The position numbers and the translations under genes were made by a program. The notes beneath the pieces were generated by a model that worked only from the letters and a program-made list of their open reading frames with translations, was not told the DNA's origin and made no database searches. Below are positions 1-11,231 of a stretch of DNA of 64,000 nucleotides, piece by piece. Location: contig CAJBKE010000061.1 of the NCBI GenBank assembly GCA_903953565.1, positions 7,604 through 71,603 of the forward strand, read 5' to 3'. The stretch comes from an uncultured Verrucomicrobiota bacterium (GTDB lineage Bacteria; Verrucomicrobiota; Verrucomicrobiia; Chthoniobacterales; JACTMZ01). Each line of letters begins with the position of its first letter. The stretch's first letter is position 1.

Positions 1-420
1 GCCAGCGCATCCCGCACAGTGATCGTGCGCTCGGGCGCGGCCCACATTCTCGCAACGCAATACGGGCTGGTTGGTGCGCTGGCGACGCTGTCTGCAGATG
101 CCGATGGCGACGGCGTATCCAACCTTGCGGAGTATGCGTTCGGCAAGGATCCGATGTCGGCAAACGAAACACCGGCCGCGAACGAAATCCTCTTCACTCC
201 GGATGGCATCCGCTTCAACTTCATCGTGCGCGACGGGGACGTGGCGCTTGCCATCACTCCGACAATCAGCACCGATCTGCAGAACTGGAGCAATGCAGGA
301 CTCACGGAGATGGGGAATGTGGATCAAGCAAACGTGCCATCCGGTTTCCGCCGCCGCGCGTGGTCGTCGAGCGGCGGCAAAGCCTCATTGTTCATGCGCT
401 TGGAGATCGGTTACCAGTAA
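1..420 (+). CDS. C-terminal end of a larger secreted/surface protein (5' end cut by the window edge)
   Basis: Frame 1 is open from nt 1. It contains the Asp-rich Ca-binding-like motif DADGDGVSNLAEYAFGKDP, then a ~85 aa beta-rich tail ending FMRLEIGYQ. The C-terminus of the giant protein at 59672-60043 has the same module layout. Confidence 0.6.
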   Translation, partial: ASASRTVIVRSGAAHILATQYGLVGALATLSADADGDGVSNLAEYAFGKDPMSANETPAANEILFTPDGIRFNFIVRDGDVALAITPTISTDLQNWSNAGLTEMGNVDQANVPSGFRRRAWSSSGGKASLFMRLEIGYQ

Positions 421-456
421 GACCAGACCCCAAAAGGTTTCGGACTTTGATCGCAG

Positions 457-562
457 GGTGGATCGCGATGTCCACATCGCGATCTCCAGACTGATTGTCG
501 CGCCGAACCGGAGTCCGCCGCGGCAGACGGAGATGGCCCATAGGCAAACGGCGCGATCCACC
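457..562. repeat. REP/BIME-like palindromic element, copy a (forward hairpin 457-484, inverted copy with enlarged loop 497-562)
   Basis: GGTGGATCGCGATGTCCACATCGCGATC is an 11-bp perfect inverted repeat. Downstream lies GTCGCGCCG-[43 nt]-CGGCGCGATCCACC. The termini GGTGGATCGCG...CGCGATCCACC are shared with the copies at 12025, 32789 and 40778. It sits between convergent gene ends (420 / 671). Confidence 0.6.
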
Positions 563-670
563 TTGCCAGACGTCCGGAACCTTTCGTGATTGGTATAAGA
601 CCGAAGTCCCCTCGCTCTTAAACTTTTCAGATCGCCTAGTAGGGGCGCCTGACCCAGCCGCGCGAACCGG

Positions 671-3061
671 TCAGCTGCCGGGCTCTCCTTGCAACATGGA
701 GGCCAAGCGTTTGTCGGGACTCGATCCTAGTTCGAGGGCTTTCTCGTAGTGGCGCTTGGCCAGCGCGATGGACGGCGGTTTGGCCGTGGCATAAATCACG
801 GCGAGATTGAAGTGCGCTTCGGCGTATTCCGGATTCACCGTGATGGCGCGACGCAAAGATTGCTCGGCTTTGCCGAACTGTCCGAGCTGGCTCGAAGCCA
901 CCCCGAGGTAATTGAGGGTGATGGCATCGTCGGCTTGCGAGCCGTTGGCGCGCTCGAGGTAGCCGATGGCGTCCTCGATGCGGTTTTGCTCGATCATCAC
1001 CGCGCCGAGCGTGGTCAGGGTGAAAGCATCCTTCGGATCGACGGCCAACGCTTTTTCGAGCGCGAGTTGGGCCGCCGTCAATTTGCCTTGGCGGAATTGC
1101 GAAACCCCGAGGTTTGCCAGGGCCACGACATTGTTGGGCTGCAACTCGACGAACTTCTGGTAGAGCTCTTCGGCGCCGGCAAAATTTCCACGGACAAACT
1201 GATCCCGCGCCTCGGTGATGAGCGCAGTGACCTCGGGAGTCATCGGTGCGGCGAGCGAATCGGCGGCGGCGGTTTCGGGCGTGGCAGCCGTCGCGGGAGA
1301 TTCCGATGAAGCGGCGGCATCTGTCGGCTGCGCGGAGGATGCATCTGCGGCAGCCGTCGGCTCAGTTTGCTCCGGTGCGGCAGTTGCGCCGTCTCCCGAT
1401 ACGACCGCAGTTTGCGGTGCGGCATTGTCTGCGGACGGCTTGAGCATTTCGATTTGGGCGGAAAATTCGTCGGTGCTCTCGTGCAGGACGGTGACCACCG
1501 GACGCTTGAGCATTTCCTGCTCGGCGGAGGACAGTTCGAGGGTCGGCTTGGCCAGTTGGTTGATTTTGTCGTTGAGCGTGTCGGAGCGGATTTCCAAACG
1601 CTCCATTTCCTCCTGCGCCAAACGGTAGGCCTGCTCGCGACGCGCCTGTTCCTTGATCTGGCGCATGATGATGCCGCGGAGGACTTCGTTCTCTTGCTGG
1701 ATAAGTTTGGCCTCGGCGGCGGTGACATCGCCGAGCTTCACCGCGGCCAATGCGCCGGTCACTTCGTCGTACTCCTTGAGAAGCTGGTCGTTCGCCAGCT
1801 GCAATTGATCGAAACGCTCGCGGTCATCTTTGAGTTTGGTCTGCGCCAAGGTCAGCTCGGCGCGGACTTTGTCGAGGTCGGCGTTGAGGCCGGCAATGAC
1901 CTCCTGTTTCGCCGCGGCATCGCTTTCCATTCCCTCGATCTGCGTGGCCGCGGCGGAGAGCTTCTCCTCCAGTTGCTTGTTGGCCTCGATGAGGTCGGCC
2001 GATTTTTCGAGTGCCGACTTGGCCTCCGCCGCCTCCTGCTGCGCGGTATCCCGGGCGGCGATGAGTTGGGTCCGCTCCTCCTCCAACTCAGTGACTCGAG
2101 TGGCAAGCGTCTGAACCTCCGCCTTGGATGTCTCGGCGTCCTTGACCGCTTGATCGCGTGCCGCGGCCAGAGTCTCGCGCTCGGCCTCGAGTTCCGCAGC
2201 GCGGGCCTCGGCTTTTTCCGTCCGTGCGGTCATTTCCTCAACCTGCTTGGCACTTTCGGCGATCTTGCCGGTCAGCTCTTCCTTCTCCGTGTTGGCTGCT
2301 GCCAGGGCTCCCTCCAGTTCCTTTGCGGCCGCGCTTAACTTTTCGAGTTCCTCCTTGGCCGCGGCCGAAGAGTCGGAAGAAACACCACCGGACTCCTCGA
2401 GTTGGCGCAGCCTGGTCGTGAGGTCGACAGCCATCACTTTGGTCTTTTCCAATTCCATGCTTGCGGCAGACAGTTCCGCTTCGCCCTGTTGCATCTGCGA
2501 CTGAAGCTTGGCGTTCAGGTTTTGTTCGGCCGTGAGTTGATCACGCAGTTTTTGCGCATCGTCACCGGGAGCCACGACATCGCTTGGCGAGCTCACCGAA
2601 CTCGGTTCGGCCGGCTCTACGGCGGGAGGCGCGTCGTCTTGAACCGGAGAGATGGAGATCGAGGGACCGGCGAGTCCGGCATCGCGCCCGATGGGACGAA
2701 CCGGAGGAAGCGCATCTTCGGATTCCCCGGCCATGGCCAAATCCGGCGGCGGCCCGAGGGTCGGATCGTCCAATGATCCCTCGAGGCGGACGATGGCTTC
2801 TTTTGTTTTGGTCAGACGAAAGTCGATGACGAGCGGTTGCCAATCGGGCGCTTGCGTTTTGATTTGGCTGAGCTGCGTGGCGACGTAGCGGAATTTTGCA
2901 ATGGCATCAGCATTGCGACCTTCGCGCTCGAGACGCTCCGCGCGTTGGAATTCTTGGTACGCTGAAAAATACTCGCGCGCGGGATCGTCCTGCGCGGCGG
3001 CGCGGAAAGTCCCGGAGGCGGCCAAAAGCACACCCAAAGCGATAGCGCGGACGATTCTCAT
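671..3061 (-). CDS. secreted coiled-coil / TPR-repeat protein
   Basis: 796 aa. N-terminal signal-like MRIVRAIALGVLLAASGTFRAAAQ, a ~350 aa A/E/K/L/Q-rich heptad-like region, and C-terminal TPR-like repeats (AEELYQKFVELQPNNVVALANLG..., AEAHFNLAVIY...). Confidence 0.7.
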   Translation of the reverse strand: MRIVRAIALGVLLAASGTFRAAAQDDPAREYFSAYQEFQRAERLEREGRNADAIAKFRYVATQLSQIKTQAPDWQPLVIDFRLTKTKEAIVRLEGSLDDPTLGPPPDLAMAGESEDALPPVRPIGRDAGLAGPSISISPVQDDAPPAVEPAEPSSVSSPSDVVAPGDDAQKLRDQLTAEQNLNAKLQSQMQQGEAELSAASMELEKTKVMAVDLTTRLRQLEESGGVSSDSSAAAKEELEKLSAAAKELEGALAAANTEKEELTGKIAESAKQVEEMTARTEKAEARAAELEAERETLAAARDQAVKDAETSKAEVQTLATRVTELEEERTQLIAARDTAQQEAAEAKSALEKSADLIEANKQLEEKLSAAATQIEGMESDAAAKQEVIAGLNADLDKVRAELTLAQTKLKDDRERFDQLQLANDQLLKEYDEVTGALAAVKLGDVTAAEAKLIQQENEVLRGIIMRQIKEQARREQAYRLAQEEMERLEIRSDTLNDKINQLAKPTLELSSAEQEMLKRPVVTVLHESTDEFSAQIEMLKPSADNAAPQTAVVSGDGATAAPEQTEPTAAADASSAQPTDAAASSESPATAATPETAAADSLAAPMTPEVTALITEARDQFVRGNFAGAEELYQKFVELQPNNVVALANLGVSQFRQGKLTAAQLALEKALAVDPKDAFTLTTLGAVMIEQNRIEDAIGYLERANGSQADDAITLNYLGVASSQLGQFGKAEQSLRRAITVNPEYAEAHFNLAVIYATAKPPSIALAKRHYEKALELGSSPDKRLASMLQGEPGS

Positions 3062-3130
3062 CGAACTTTAGAGTCTACCGGGGCTCCTCTGAAAAAGCAA
3101 CGCCACCCGCGCCCCCGCAGCCCCGGCTGT

Positions 3131-3159
3131 TTGACACTGAAAAGGCGCTCGGGTATTTT
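3131..3159 (+). promoter_or_regulatory. sigma70-like promoter candidate for the HNH gene
   Basis: TTGACA (3131-3136), a 17-nt spacer, then TATTTT (3154-3159), 46 nt upstream of the ATG at 3205. Confidence 0.4.
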
Positions 3160-3204
3160 CCGCGTTATCGCGCTGAACGTCCCCCAATAGCCCGTTTTTC
3201 TTCC

Positions 3205-3816
3205 ATGGAGTCGCTGCTCGACAGGCATGTGCTGGTGCTGAACCGGCTGTGGCAGGCGGTCAACGTCTGCAGTGCCCGCCGCGCCTTCACCCTCCTTTAT
3301 CAGGGCCAAGCCAATGTCGTGTGGCGCGACGAGGAGAACAACTACCTCACCCACGACTTTCAAAGCTGGCATGACTTCTCGCAGGCCGAGCCGGGGGCGG
3401 ACATGGTCCACGCCGTCCGCTTCAACATCCGCGTGCCCACCGTGGTGGTTTTGCTCTACTTCGACCGTCTGCCCAGCAAGGAAGTGAAATTCACGCGGCA
3501 AAACATCTACGAGCGAGACAACCACACCTGCCAATACTGCGCCAGTCGTCTCGACCGGAACGAACTCAACCTCGACCATGTCTTGCCTCGGCAACGTGGC
3601 GGCCAGACCACATGGGAAAACGTTGTCTGTTCTTGTATCCCGTGCAACACCCGAAAGGGCAACCGTCTGCCCCACGAGGCCAACATGGTTCTCTTGAAGG
3701 AGCCGAAGCGTCCGCGCTGGCGCCCCTTCATCCATCTGACCTACAGCTCTCCCGTGCATGATAGCTGGCGGCATTTTGTCGATGTCGGCTGTTGGAGCGT
3801 GGAATTGGGCGATTGA
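3205..3816 (+). CDS. HNH endonuclease domain protein
   Basis: HTCQYCASRLDRNELNLDHVLPRQRGGQTTWENVVCSCIPCNTRKGN matches the C-x2-C...H...N...C-x2-C HNH/zinc-finger signature. Confidence 0.8.
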   Translation: MESLLDRHVLVLNRLWQAVNVCSARRAFTLLYQGQANVVWRDEENNYLTHDFQSWHDFSQAEPGADMVHAVRFNIRVPTVVVLLYFDRLPSKEVKFTRQNIYERDNHTCQYCASRLDRNELNLDHVLPRQRGGQTTWENVVCSCIPCNTRKGNRLPHEANMVLLKEPKRPRWRPFIHLTYSSPVHDSWRHFVDVGCWSVELGD

Positions 3817-3863
3817 CGCCCCGCGCTTGCCATGGGCGCAGGGCCAATGATAAGCAAACAGTC

Positions 3864-4280
3864 ATGAAAGTTCTCCTCCCGGCCCTCGGTCTGATTCTGG
3901 TCGCCTCCTTGGTCCACGCCGACATCCAGCAGCCGCCCGCCTCCGAGTGGGGTCCGACGCGCAAGCTGGGCCGCGGGCTCGGCAATATCGCCTACGGAAT
4001 CACCGAACTGCCCGATTCCATGATGTCGGTGAACTACTTCGAAGGGAACAACGCCGCTTTCAGCTACGGCATCGTGCGCGGGCTCGGCCGCATGTTCGCG
4101 CGCCTCGGCTACGGTCTCTATGACACCCTGCTCTTTCCGGTTTCGAGCTTCAAAGGCACCTATGCTCCCCCCTACAAAAGCAATGTGCAATGGATCTGGA
4201 GCGGCTACTCCGAATTCCCGCCCGAACTGCTCTTCGAAACGCGCTACCCCTACGTGCGGGAGGACCAGCAGGATCCCTGA
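3864..4280 (+). CDS. exosortase system-associated protein, TIGR04073-like (putative), secreted
   Basis: Start moved to the ATG at 3864, giving signal peptide MKVLLPALGLILVASLVHA. RKLGRGLGNIAYGITELP ... RLGYGLYDTLLFP resembles the family pattern KLGRGxxNxxxGxxExP...GxxExxTFP, recalled from memory. Confidence 0.55.
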   Translation: MKVLLPALGLILVASLVHADIQQPPASEWGPTRKLGRGLGNIAYGITELPDSMMSVNYFEGNNAAFSYGIVRGLGRMFARLGYGLYDTLLFPVSSFKGTYAPPYKSNVQWIWSGYSEFPPELLFETRYPYVREDQQDP

Positions 4281-4288
4281 GTCTTGGC

Positions 4289-5707
<1,419 letters not shown>

Positions 5708-5776
5708 GGCGGTCAACGCGGTCAAGTGTGGGTGGGAAAAGCGAAATAACAAAAACTGCAGGAAATTTTGGTATAA

Positions 5777-6841
5777 CTACGTCGCACTTCGCTCCGCGGA
5801 TACCCCATCCAACTCCGAGCGCAAAGCCCCAGCGATTTTCATGAATTCCTGGCCGACGGCGCTCTCCTGCGCACGTGCCACTAACGGCATGCCGGTATCA
5901 CCCGCTTCGCGCGTCGCCATGTCGATCGGGATTTCGCCTAGCAAAGGCACACCCAAGCGGTCTGCTTCGCGTTGTCCGCCACCGCGTCCGAAAATATCAT
6001 AGCGCACCCCGTCGCCCGGGCAGAGGAAATAGCTCATGTTCTCCACGATGCCGAGCACGCGCACATTGGTCTTGTGGAACATAGCCACCGCTTTGCGTGC
6101 GTCGATGAGCGCGACTTCCTGCGGCGTCGTCACCACCACAGCGCCGGCCAGAGCCACGGTCTGCACCACGGTGAGCTGGATATCCCCTGTTCCCGGCGGC
6201 AGATCGAGAATCAGGTAGTCGAGCTCACCCCATTCCACCTGCCGCAGGAACTGCTGCGTATAGCGGGTCACCATGGGTCCGCGAAGGACCGCCGGTGTAT
6301 CCGCATCGGTGAGAAATCCCATCGACATCAGCTTCAACCCGTAGCGCTCGATTGGCACAATGCGGTTGTCTTCGGTCGCGCAAGGTTGCTCGGTGGTTCC
6401 GAACATGAGCGCGATACTCGGGCCGTAAAAATCACAGTCGCAAAGCCCCGTGCGCGCGCCACCCAAGCTCAGGGCCTGGGCGAGATTCGAGGCCACCGTG
6501 CTCTTGCCCACCCCGCCTTTGCCGCTGGCCACCGCGATCACGTGCTTGACCCCCTCGATCTTGGTCGCGCCCGGCGAGGCGGCGGCGGGCGGCTTCTTCA
6601 AATCGATCAGCACATGGGGCGTGCGCAAGCCGGGCACGGAAGCCAGCGCCGTCATGCATTCACGGTGGATTTGCTGGGAAACCTTGGGATCCGCCACGGC
6701 CAGCGAAAGTTTGACGAAAACCTCGTCGCCTCGCACTTCCGCCGATTCGACCAAACCGAACGACACGATATCGCGGCTAAAGCCCGGATACTTCACGGAC
6801 CTCAGCGCTTCGCGCACCATCTCCGAATTCAATTGCGACAT
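5777..6841 (-). CDS. mrp: Mrp/NBP35-family Fe-S cluster carrier ATPase (ApbC)
   Basis: N-terminal MIP18-like domain (VREALRSVKYPGFSRDIVSFGLV), deviant Walker A VASGKGGVGKSTVASNLA, and a CPGDG motif. The ATG at 6841 is preferred over the TTG at 6877. Confidence 0.9.
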   Translation of the reverse strand: MSQLNSEMVREALRSVKYPGFSRDIVSFGLVESAEVRGDEVFVKLSLAVADPKVSQQIHRECMTALASVPGLRTPHVLIDLKKPPAAASPGATKIEGVKHVIAVASGKGGVGKSTVASNLAQALSLGGARTGLCDCDFYGPSIALMFGTTEQPCATEDNRIVPIERYGLKLMSMGFLTDADTPAVLRGPMVTRYTQQFLRQVEWGELDYLILDLPPGTGDIQLTVVQTVALAGAVVVTTPQEVALIDARKAVAMFHKTNVRVLGIVENMSYFLCPGDGVRYDIFGRGGGQREADRLGVPLLGEIPIDMATREAGDTGMPLVARAQESAVGQEFMKIAGALRSELDGVSAERSAT

Positions 6842-6873
6842 AGTCAGGTGATACTCGTTGCGCGCGGCGCGCC

Positions 6874-8262
6874 TCAAAAGGATTTTCGCAAATGGCTCGG
6901 CAGGAATCCGAGCGCCTCGCGGTATTTCGCCACGGTGCGGCGCGCCACGGGCAAACCGGAGGCCTTGAGTTTATCCATGATCTGCTGGTCGCTGAGCGGC
7001 TTGCGCGGGTCCTCGGCACGGATGAGCACAGCGATGGCATCCTTCACGCTGGTGTTGCTCACCTCGGCGCCGCCCGCCGTGACGTAACCGGTGGTGAAAA
7101 AGAATTTCATTTCGAAAACTCCCTGCGGCGTGGCCACCGTCTTCCCGGCAATGGCGCGGCTGACCGTGGTCTCGTGCACGCCCACGGCCTCGGCGACTTG
7201 CGCCATGGTCATGGGCACGAGCGCCGCCACGCCTTCCTCAAGGAACGGCCGTTGCCGCGCAGCTATCTCCCGCGCAATGGCCATGATGGTCTGCTGGCGT
7301 TGCTGGATGCTTTTGATCAGAAATTTGCCGCCGCGAATTTTGTCACGCAAGTAGCCGCGGACCTCGGGCGCGCCGCCCGATTCGCCGAGGAGATCGCGGT
7401 AGGTGCGGCTGATGCGGAGATGCGGCACATTGTCGCGCACGAGGGAGACCACGTATTCGTCGCCGACTTTCTCGATGATGACATCCGGGGCAAGAGCCTG
7501 GGCCGCTTCGCCGGCGAAGACCCGGCCCGGCTTCGGGTTGAGCCTGGCGATGAGCGCCCCCGCTTCGCGAACTTGGTCCTGGGTGACACCGAGCGCGGAG
7601 GCAATTTCGGCGAACTTTTTGCGTCCGAGCAAGTCGAGGTGGTTCCGCACAATGTCTTTCGCCGCAGCATTCCCCGGACCGAGCCGCTGCAACTGCAACA
7701 CGAGACATTCCGGCAGGTCTCGCGCCCCGACTCCGGGCGGATCCATCGTTTGCAGAACGTGCAGCATTTCGATCGCCTCGGCTGTCTCCGCACCGGCCTC
7801 GTCGGCTACTTCCTCGGGCGATGCGGCAAGGTAGCCGTTCTCGTCGAGGTTTCCGATGAGCAGCGAAACGATGCGACGCTGCACGGAATCGAGGGCAAGC
7901 CGACCAAACTGGTTCTCCAGATGCGCCGCCAGCGTCTCATCCCGCGCGATACCCTCGAGGAAGCGCATCCGTCTTGTCTCGGCCTCCGGATCGACTGCTC
8001 CTGGCGCGGAGAAATCACTCCAATCATCTTGCAACCGCGCGAACTCGTCCTCCTCCTCGGACTCGCCGTCTTCGGAATCGTCTTTTTCCAACGCCTCCTC
8101 CGGGGGACGCTCTTCCTCCAACACGGGGTTGGTCTCGAGTTCCTGCCGCACCATTTGTTGCAGCTCCAAAGCCGTGGCCTGCAAAATCTCCAAGCTTTGA
8201 CGCATCTGTGGGGACAGAACCTGCGTCTGCGCCAGTTGGGCGCTTTGCTGAAAGCCGGGCAT
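6874..8262 (-). CDS. rpoN: RNA polymerase sigma-54 factor
   Basis: 462 aa. N-terminal Q/L-rich region I (LSPQMRQSLEILQ), an acidic region, a HTH, and the RpoN box ARRTVAKYREALG. Confidence 0.95.
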   Translation of the reverse strand: MPGFQQSAQLAQTQVLSPQMRQSLEILQATALELQQMVRQELETNPVLEEERPPEEALEKDDSEDGESEEEDEFARLQDDWSDFSAPGAVDPEAETRRMRFLEGIARDETLAAHLENQFGRLALDSVQRRIVSLLIGNLDENGYLAASPEEVADEAGAETAEAIEMLHVLQTMDPPGVGARDLPECLVLQLQRLGPGNAAAKDIVRNHLDLLGRKKFAEIASALGVTQDQVREAGALIARLNPKPGRVFAGEAAQALAPDVIIEKVGDEYVVSLVRDNVPHLRISRTYRDLLGESGGAPEVRGYLRDKIRGGKFLIKSIQQRQQTIMAIAREIAARQRPFLEEGVAALVPMTMAQVAEAVGVHETTVSRAIAGKTVATPQGVFEMKFFFTTGYVTAGGAEVSNTSVKDAIAVLIRAEDPRKPLSDQQIMDKLKASGLPVARRTVAKYREALGFLPSHLRKSF

Positions 8263-8316
8263 CTCTGTAGAACGCCTCGCCCGAGCCTACACTGCAAGCA
8301 ATTTTCGAGCCAACTT

Positions 8317-9330
8317 TCAGGAAACCTCGAAAAGAGTGTCGCCCAGCGAGGGGAAAATATCCGTCTCCACCGACGAGAACTCGCCGCGCTTCGCGCGCCA
8401 AGCGGCCGCGTAGGCAATCATCGCGGCATTATCGGTGCAAAGGGACGGCCCGGCGAACAGCACCTCCAGCCCTGCGTCCTCGGCTCCACGGACCAAGCAC
8501 TCGCGCAGGCGTTGGTTCAATCCCACCCCGCCGCTTACCGCTATGAGATTGCGTCTGCACCGCTTTGCGGCCCCCACCGCTTTGTGCACCAGAACGTCGA
8601 CAACCGCCTCCTGGAAACTGGCACACAAATCAGCGCGGTCGGACTCGGATGTCTTGGGCAGCAGGTAACGCACGGATGTTTTCAATCCGCTGAAGCTGAA
8701 TTGAAAATCGCCCGAACACTTCATGCTTCGCGGGAATTCGAACCGCGTGCAATCGCCCTGCCGCGCGGCCGCCTCGATGAGCGGGCCACCCGGGTAACCC
8801 AAACCGAGCAACTTCGCCACTTTGTCGAAGGCCTCCCCCGCCGCGTCGTCCAGCGTGCGCCCGAGCAACCGGTAACGGCCCGCACCTTCGATGTCCACGA
8901 GCAGCGTGTGGCCGCCGCTGACCACAAGACCGATCGACGGCGGGATTTCCGCGCGTCCGAAAAACGGCGAGAGTAAATGCCCCTCGATATGGTTCGCTGC
9001 GACGAACGGTTTGCCCAGAGCCAGCGCGAGACCTTTTGCCGCCGACGCCCCGACGAGCAGCGCGCTGGCCAGACCAGGTCCGCTTGTTGCTGCACACACG
9101 TCGACATCGGACAAACCCACACCCGCCTGCTGCAAAGCGGATTCGGTCACTTCGCGCACGTGGACCAAATGGTTGCGCGAAGCCACCTCCGGCACCACAC
9201 CGCCATAGGCTGCATGCACGTCGGCTTGCGAGGCGACGACGTGACCGAGCAGCTCGCCCGGAAAACGGAGAACAGCAGCCGCTGTCTCGTCACACGAGGT
9301 CTCCAAAGCAAGAACAAGCGGATGGATCAA
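8317..9330 (-). CDS. tsaD: tRNA N6-adenosine threonylcarbamoyltransferase
   Basis: LALETSCDETAAAV, the H..GH metal site (ANHIEGHLLS) and VSGGVGLN are Kae1/TsaD hallmarks. Confidence 0.95.
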   Translation of the reverse strand: MIHPLVLALETSCDETAAAVLRFPGELLGHVVASQADVHAAYGGVVPEVASRNHLVHVREVTESALQQAGVGLSDVDVCAATSGPGLASALLVGASAAKGLALALGKPFVAANHIEGHLLSPFFGRAEIPPSIGLVVSGGHTLLVDIEGAGRYRLLGRTLDDAAGEAFDKVAKLLGLGYPGGPLIEAAARQGDCTRFEFPRSMKCSGDFQFSFSGLKTSVRYLLPKTSESDRADLCASFQEAVVDVLVHKAVGAAKRCRRNLIAVSGGVGLNQRLRECLVRGAEDAGLEVLFAGPSLCTDNAAMIAYAAAWRAKRGEFSSVETDIFPSLGDTLFEVS

Positions 9331-10604
9331 CCCTCTTTGGACGGCGTTGGGTCCGTCCCCTCCTTCGCATGGAGCAGGACACCACGCAGCGCGTCCACGG
9401 CACGCTGCAAGGGAACATCATCGACCGGCCGGAGCTCCTCTCGCTTGGTTCCCGCCGGCAAATCTTCCTGCCTGCGCAGCGCCAGCAACCGCGCCTCGTC
9501 CTCCGCCGACATGGTGGCCACTACGTGGGGCATGACCCCTTTCTCGTGGATCGGCTGCTGGCCTGGAGTGAAATACTTTGCCGTGGTCAATCGCACCGCG
9601 GAACCATCGGGCAAAGAGACCACGCTCTGCACCGAGCCTTTGCCGAAAGTTGTTTCGCCAACGAGTAAAGCTCTCCCCGAGTCCTTGAGCGCACCGGCCA
9701 CAATCTCGGCCCCGCTCGCGCTCGAGCCGTTGACCAGCACCGCCACGGGATACCCACGCGGCTTTCGTCCTTTGCCCGGCGCGAGGTAGCGGCGTTCCGC
9801 GGAAGCCGACCGGCCCTCGGTATAGGCCACAAGTGCGCCGCCCGGGAGAAACTCGCCAGCCACTTCGACGGCGCTGCCGAGCAGACCTCCGGGGTTGAAG
9901 CGCAAATCGACGACCAGGCCGTCGATCTCCTGCTTCTCAAGTTCGTTGAGCGCGCGGGCAAATTCTTTGCCCGTGGGCTCGCTGAATTGGGTCACGCGGA
10001 CATATCCGACCCGCGGGCCTTCCCCCTCGAGCACCTTGGCGCCGCGGACACTCGGCACCTTGATGACCTCCCGCTCGATGTCGAATGGCAAAGACTTCGG
10101 CTCGCCCTCGCGCCCCACCACCAATTTGACCGAGGTGCCCGCCTCACCGCGCAATTTTTCCACCGCATCGCGCAGTGACATTTTTTCCGCCGACTGCCCG
10201 TCGATTTCGAGCAACACGTCGCCGGGAAGCAGTCCGGCACGGAACCCTGGCGTGCCTTCCATCGGAGCGACGATGGTCAGCCGATCGTTCTTCATACCGA
10301 CGACCACACCGAGCCCTCCAAACTCGCTCCGCGTATCCTCTTGCATACCCTTGAAATCCTTCGGGTCCATGAAATCACTGTGCGGATCCAATTCCTCGAG
10401 CATGCCGCGCAGCGCATTGTAAATGAGCTCCTCGTAGCCGGTCTTGTCCTCGTCCACGTAGTCCTGACGGATAAGCTCCACCGCGCGAGCCAACGTCTTC
10501 ATCTCCCGGTAGGGCGAAACATCGTCACCATCTTCTTCCTGAGCCCAGAGCGGCCCAAGGCAAAGCATAGGGACGAGCAAAAACCAGACGTGACGCATGG
10601 ACAT
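9327..10604 (-). CDS. carboxy-terminal processing protease (S41 family)
   Basis: Signal peptide MSMRHVWFLLVPMLCLGPLWAQ, a PDZ segment (GLLPGDVLLEIDG), and S41 catalytic-region motifs VLVNGSSASGAEIVAGAL and TFGKGSVQ. There is a 4-bp overlap with tsaD. Confidence 0.9.
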   Translation of the reverse strand: MSMRHVWFLLVPMLCLGPLWAQEEDGDDVSPYREMKTLARAVELIRQDYVDEDKTGYEELIYNALRGMLEELDPHSDFMDPKDFKGMQEDTRSEFGGLGVVVGMKNDRLTIVAPMEGTPGFRAGLLPGDVLLEIDGQSAEKMSLRDAVEKLRGEAGTSVKLVVGREGEPKSLPFDIEREVIKVPSVRGAKVLEGEGPRVGYVRVTQFSEPTGKEFARALNELEKQEIDGLVVDLRFNPGGLLGSAVEVAGEFLPGGALVAYTEGRSASAERRYLAPGKGRKPRGYPVAVLVNGSSASGAEIVAGALKDSGRALLVGETTFGKGSVQSVVSLPDGSAVRLTTAKYFTPGQQPIHEKGVMPHVVATMSAEDEARLLALRRQEDLPAGTKREELRPVDDVPLQRAVDALRGVLLHAKEGTDPTPSKEG

Positions 10605-10671
10605 CTCCTAACACGCTGCACCCCCGCCCGCAAACGCCGGAAGCCGCTTGGCGAAAGACGGATCGGCTGGA

Positions 10672-11187
10672 ATGATGATAACCCCCTTGAAAACCGGAAT
10701 CGCCCTCGGATCCAACCTTGGCGACCGCTTGGCGCAAATGACCGCCGCGCGGGACTTTGTTCTGTCGATGCACGAAGGCAGGCAAGCCCCACTCTGCTCC
10801 GGACTTTACGAAACCGATCCCGTGGACTGCGCACCGGGCGCGGACCCCTTTCTCAACGCCGTCATGGAAATCGAAACCTCACTGGCTCCGCACGCCTGTC
10901 TGGCCAGCCTGCAAAAATTCGAGCAGAACGCCGGCCGCGCCGAAGTTCGCGAGAGCAACAGCCCGCGCAAAATCGACTTGGATCTGCTCTACATGGGAGA
11001 CCTCTGCTCGGACACGCCGGCTTTGCAACTGCCCCACCCGCGCATGATCCAGAGACGCTTCGTTTTGCAGCCGCTGGCCGACATTCGCCCCGATCTTGTT
11101 TTGCCCGAGGTCGGAGACAGCACCGCATCCCTGCTGGCCAGACTGCCGGCCGCACCTGCCGTGCGCTTGGTCGCGAGCCATTGGTGA
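10672..11187 (+). CDS. folK: 2-amino-4-hydroxy-6-hydroxymethyldihydropteridine diphosphokinase
   Basis: IALGSNLGDR ... LDLDLL ... LQLPHPRMIQRRFVLQPLADI are HPPK motifs. The ATG at 10672 is preferred over the TTG at 10648. Confidence 0.9.
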   Translation: MMITPLKTGIALGSNLGDRLAQMTAARDFVLSMHEGRQAPLCSGLYETDPVDCAPGADPFLNAVMEIETSLAPHACLASLQKFEQNAGRAEVRESNSPRKIDLDLLYMGDLCSDTPALQLPHPRMIQRRFVLQPLADIRPDLVLPEVGDSTASLLARLPAAPAVRLVASHW

Positions 11188-11231
11188 AGCAAGCTTGCTG
11201 CGGGATGGCTTCGGCGCGAGATTGATCGCTC

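Noticed and set aside
3205-3816. HNH endonuclease gene, considered as part of a mobile element or defence system.
   Set aside because: It is a stand-alone gene with its own promoter. It has no adjacent methyltransferase, helicase, terminase, intein/intron context or repeats, and housekeeping genes flank it.
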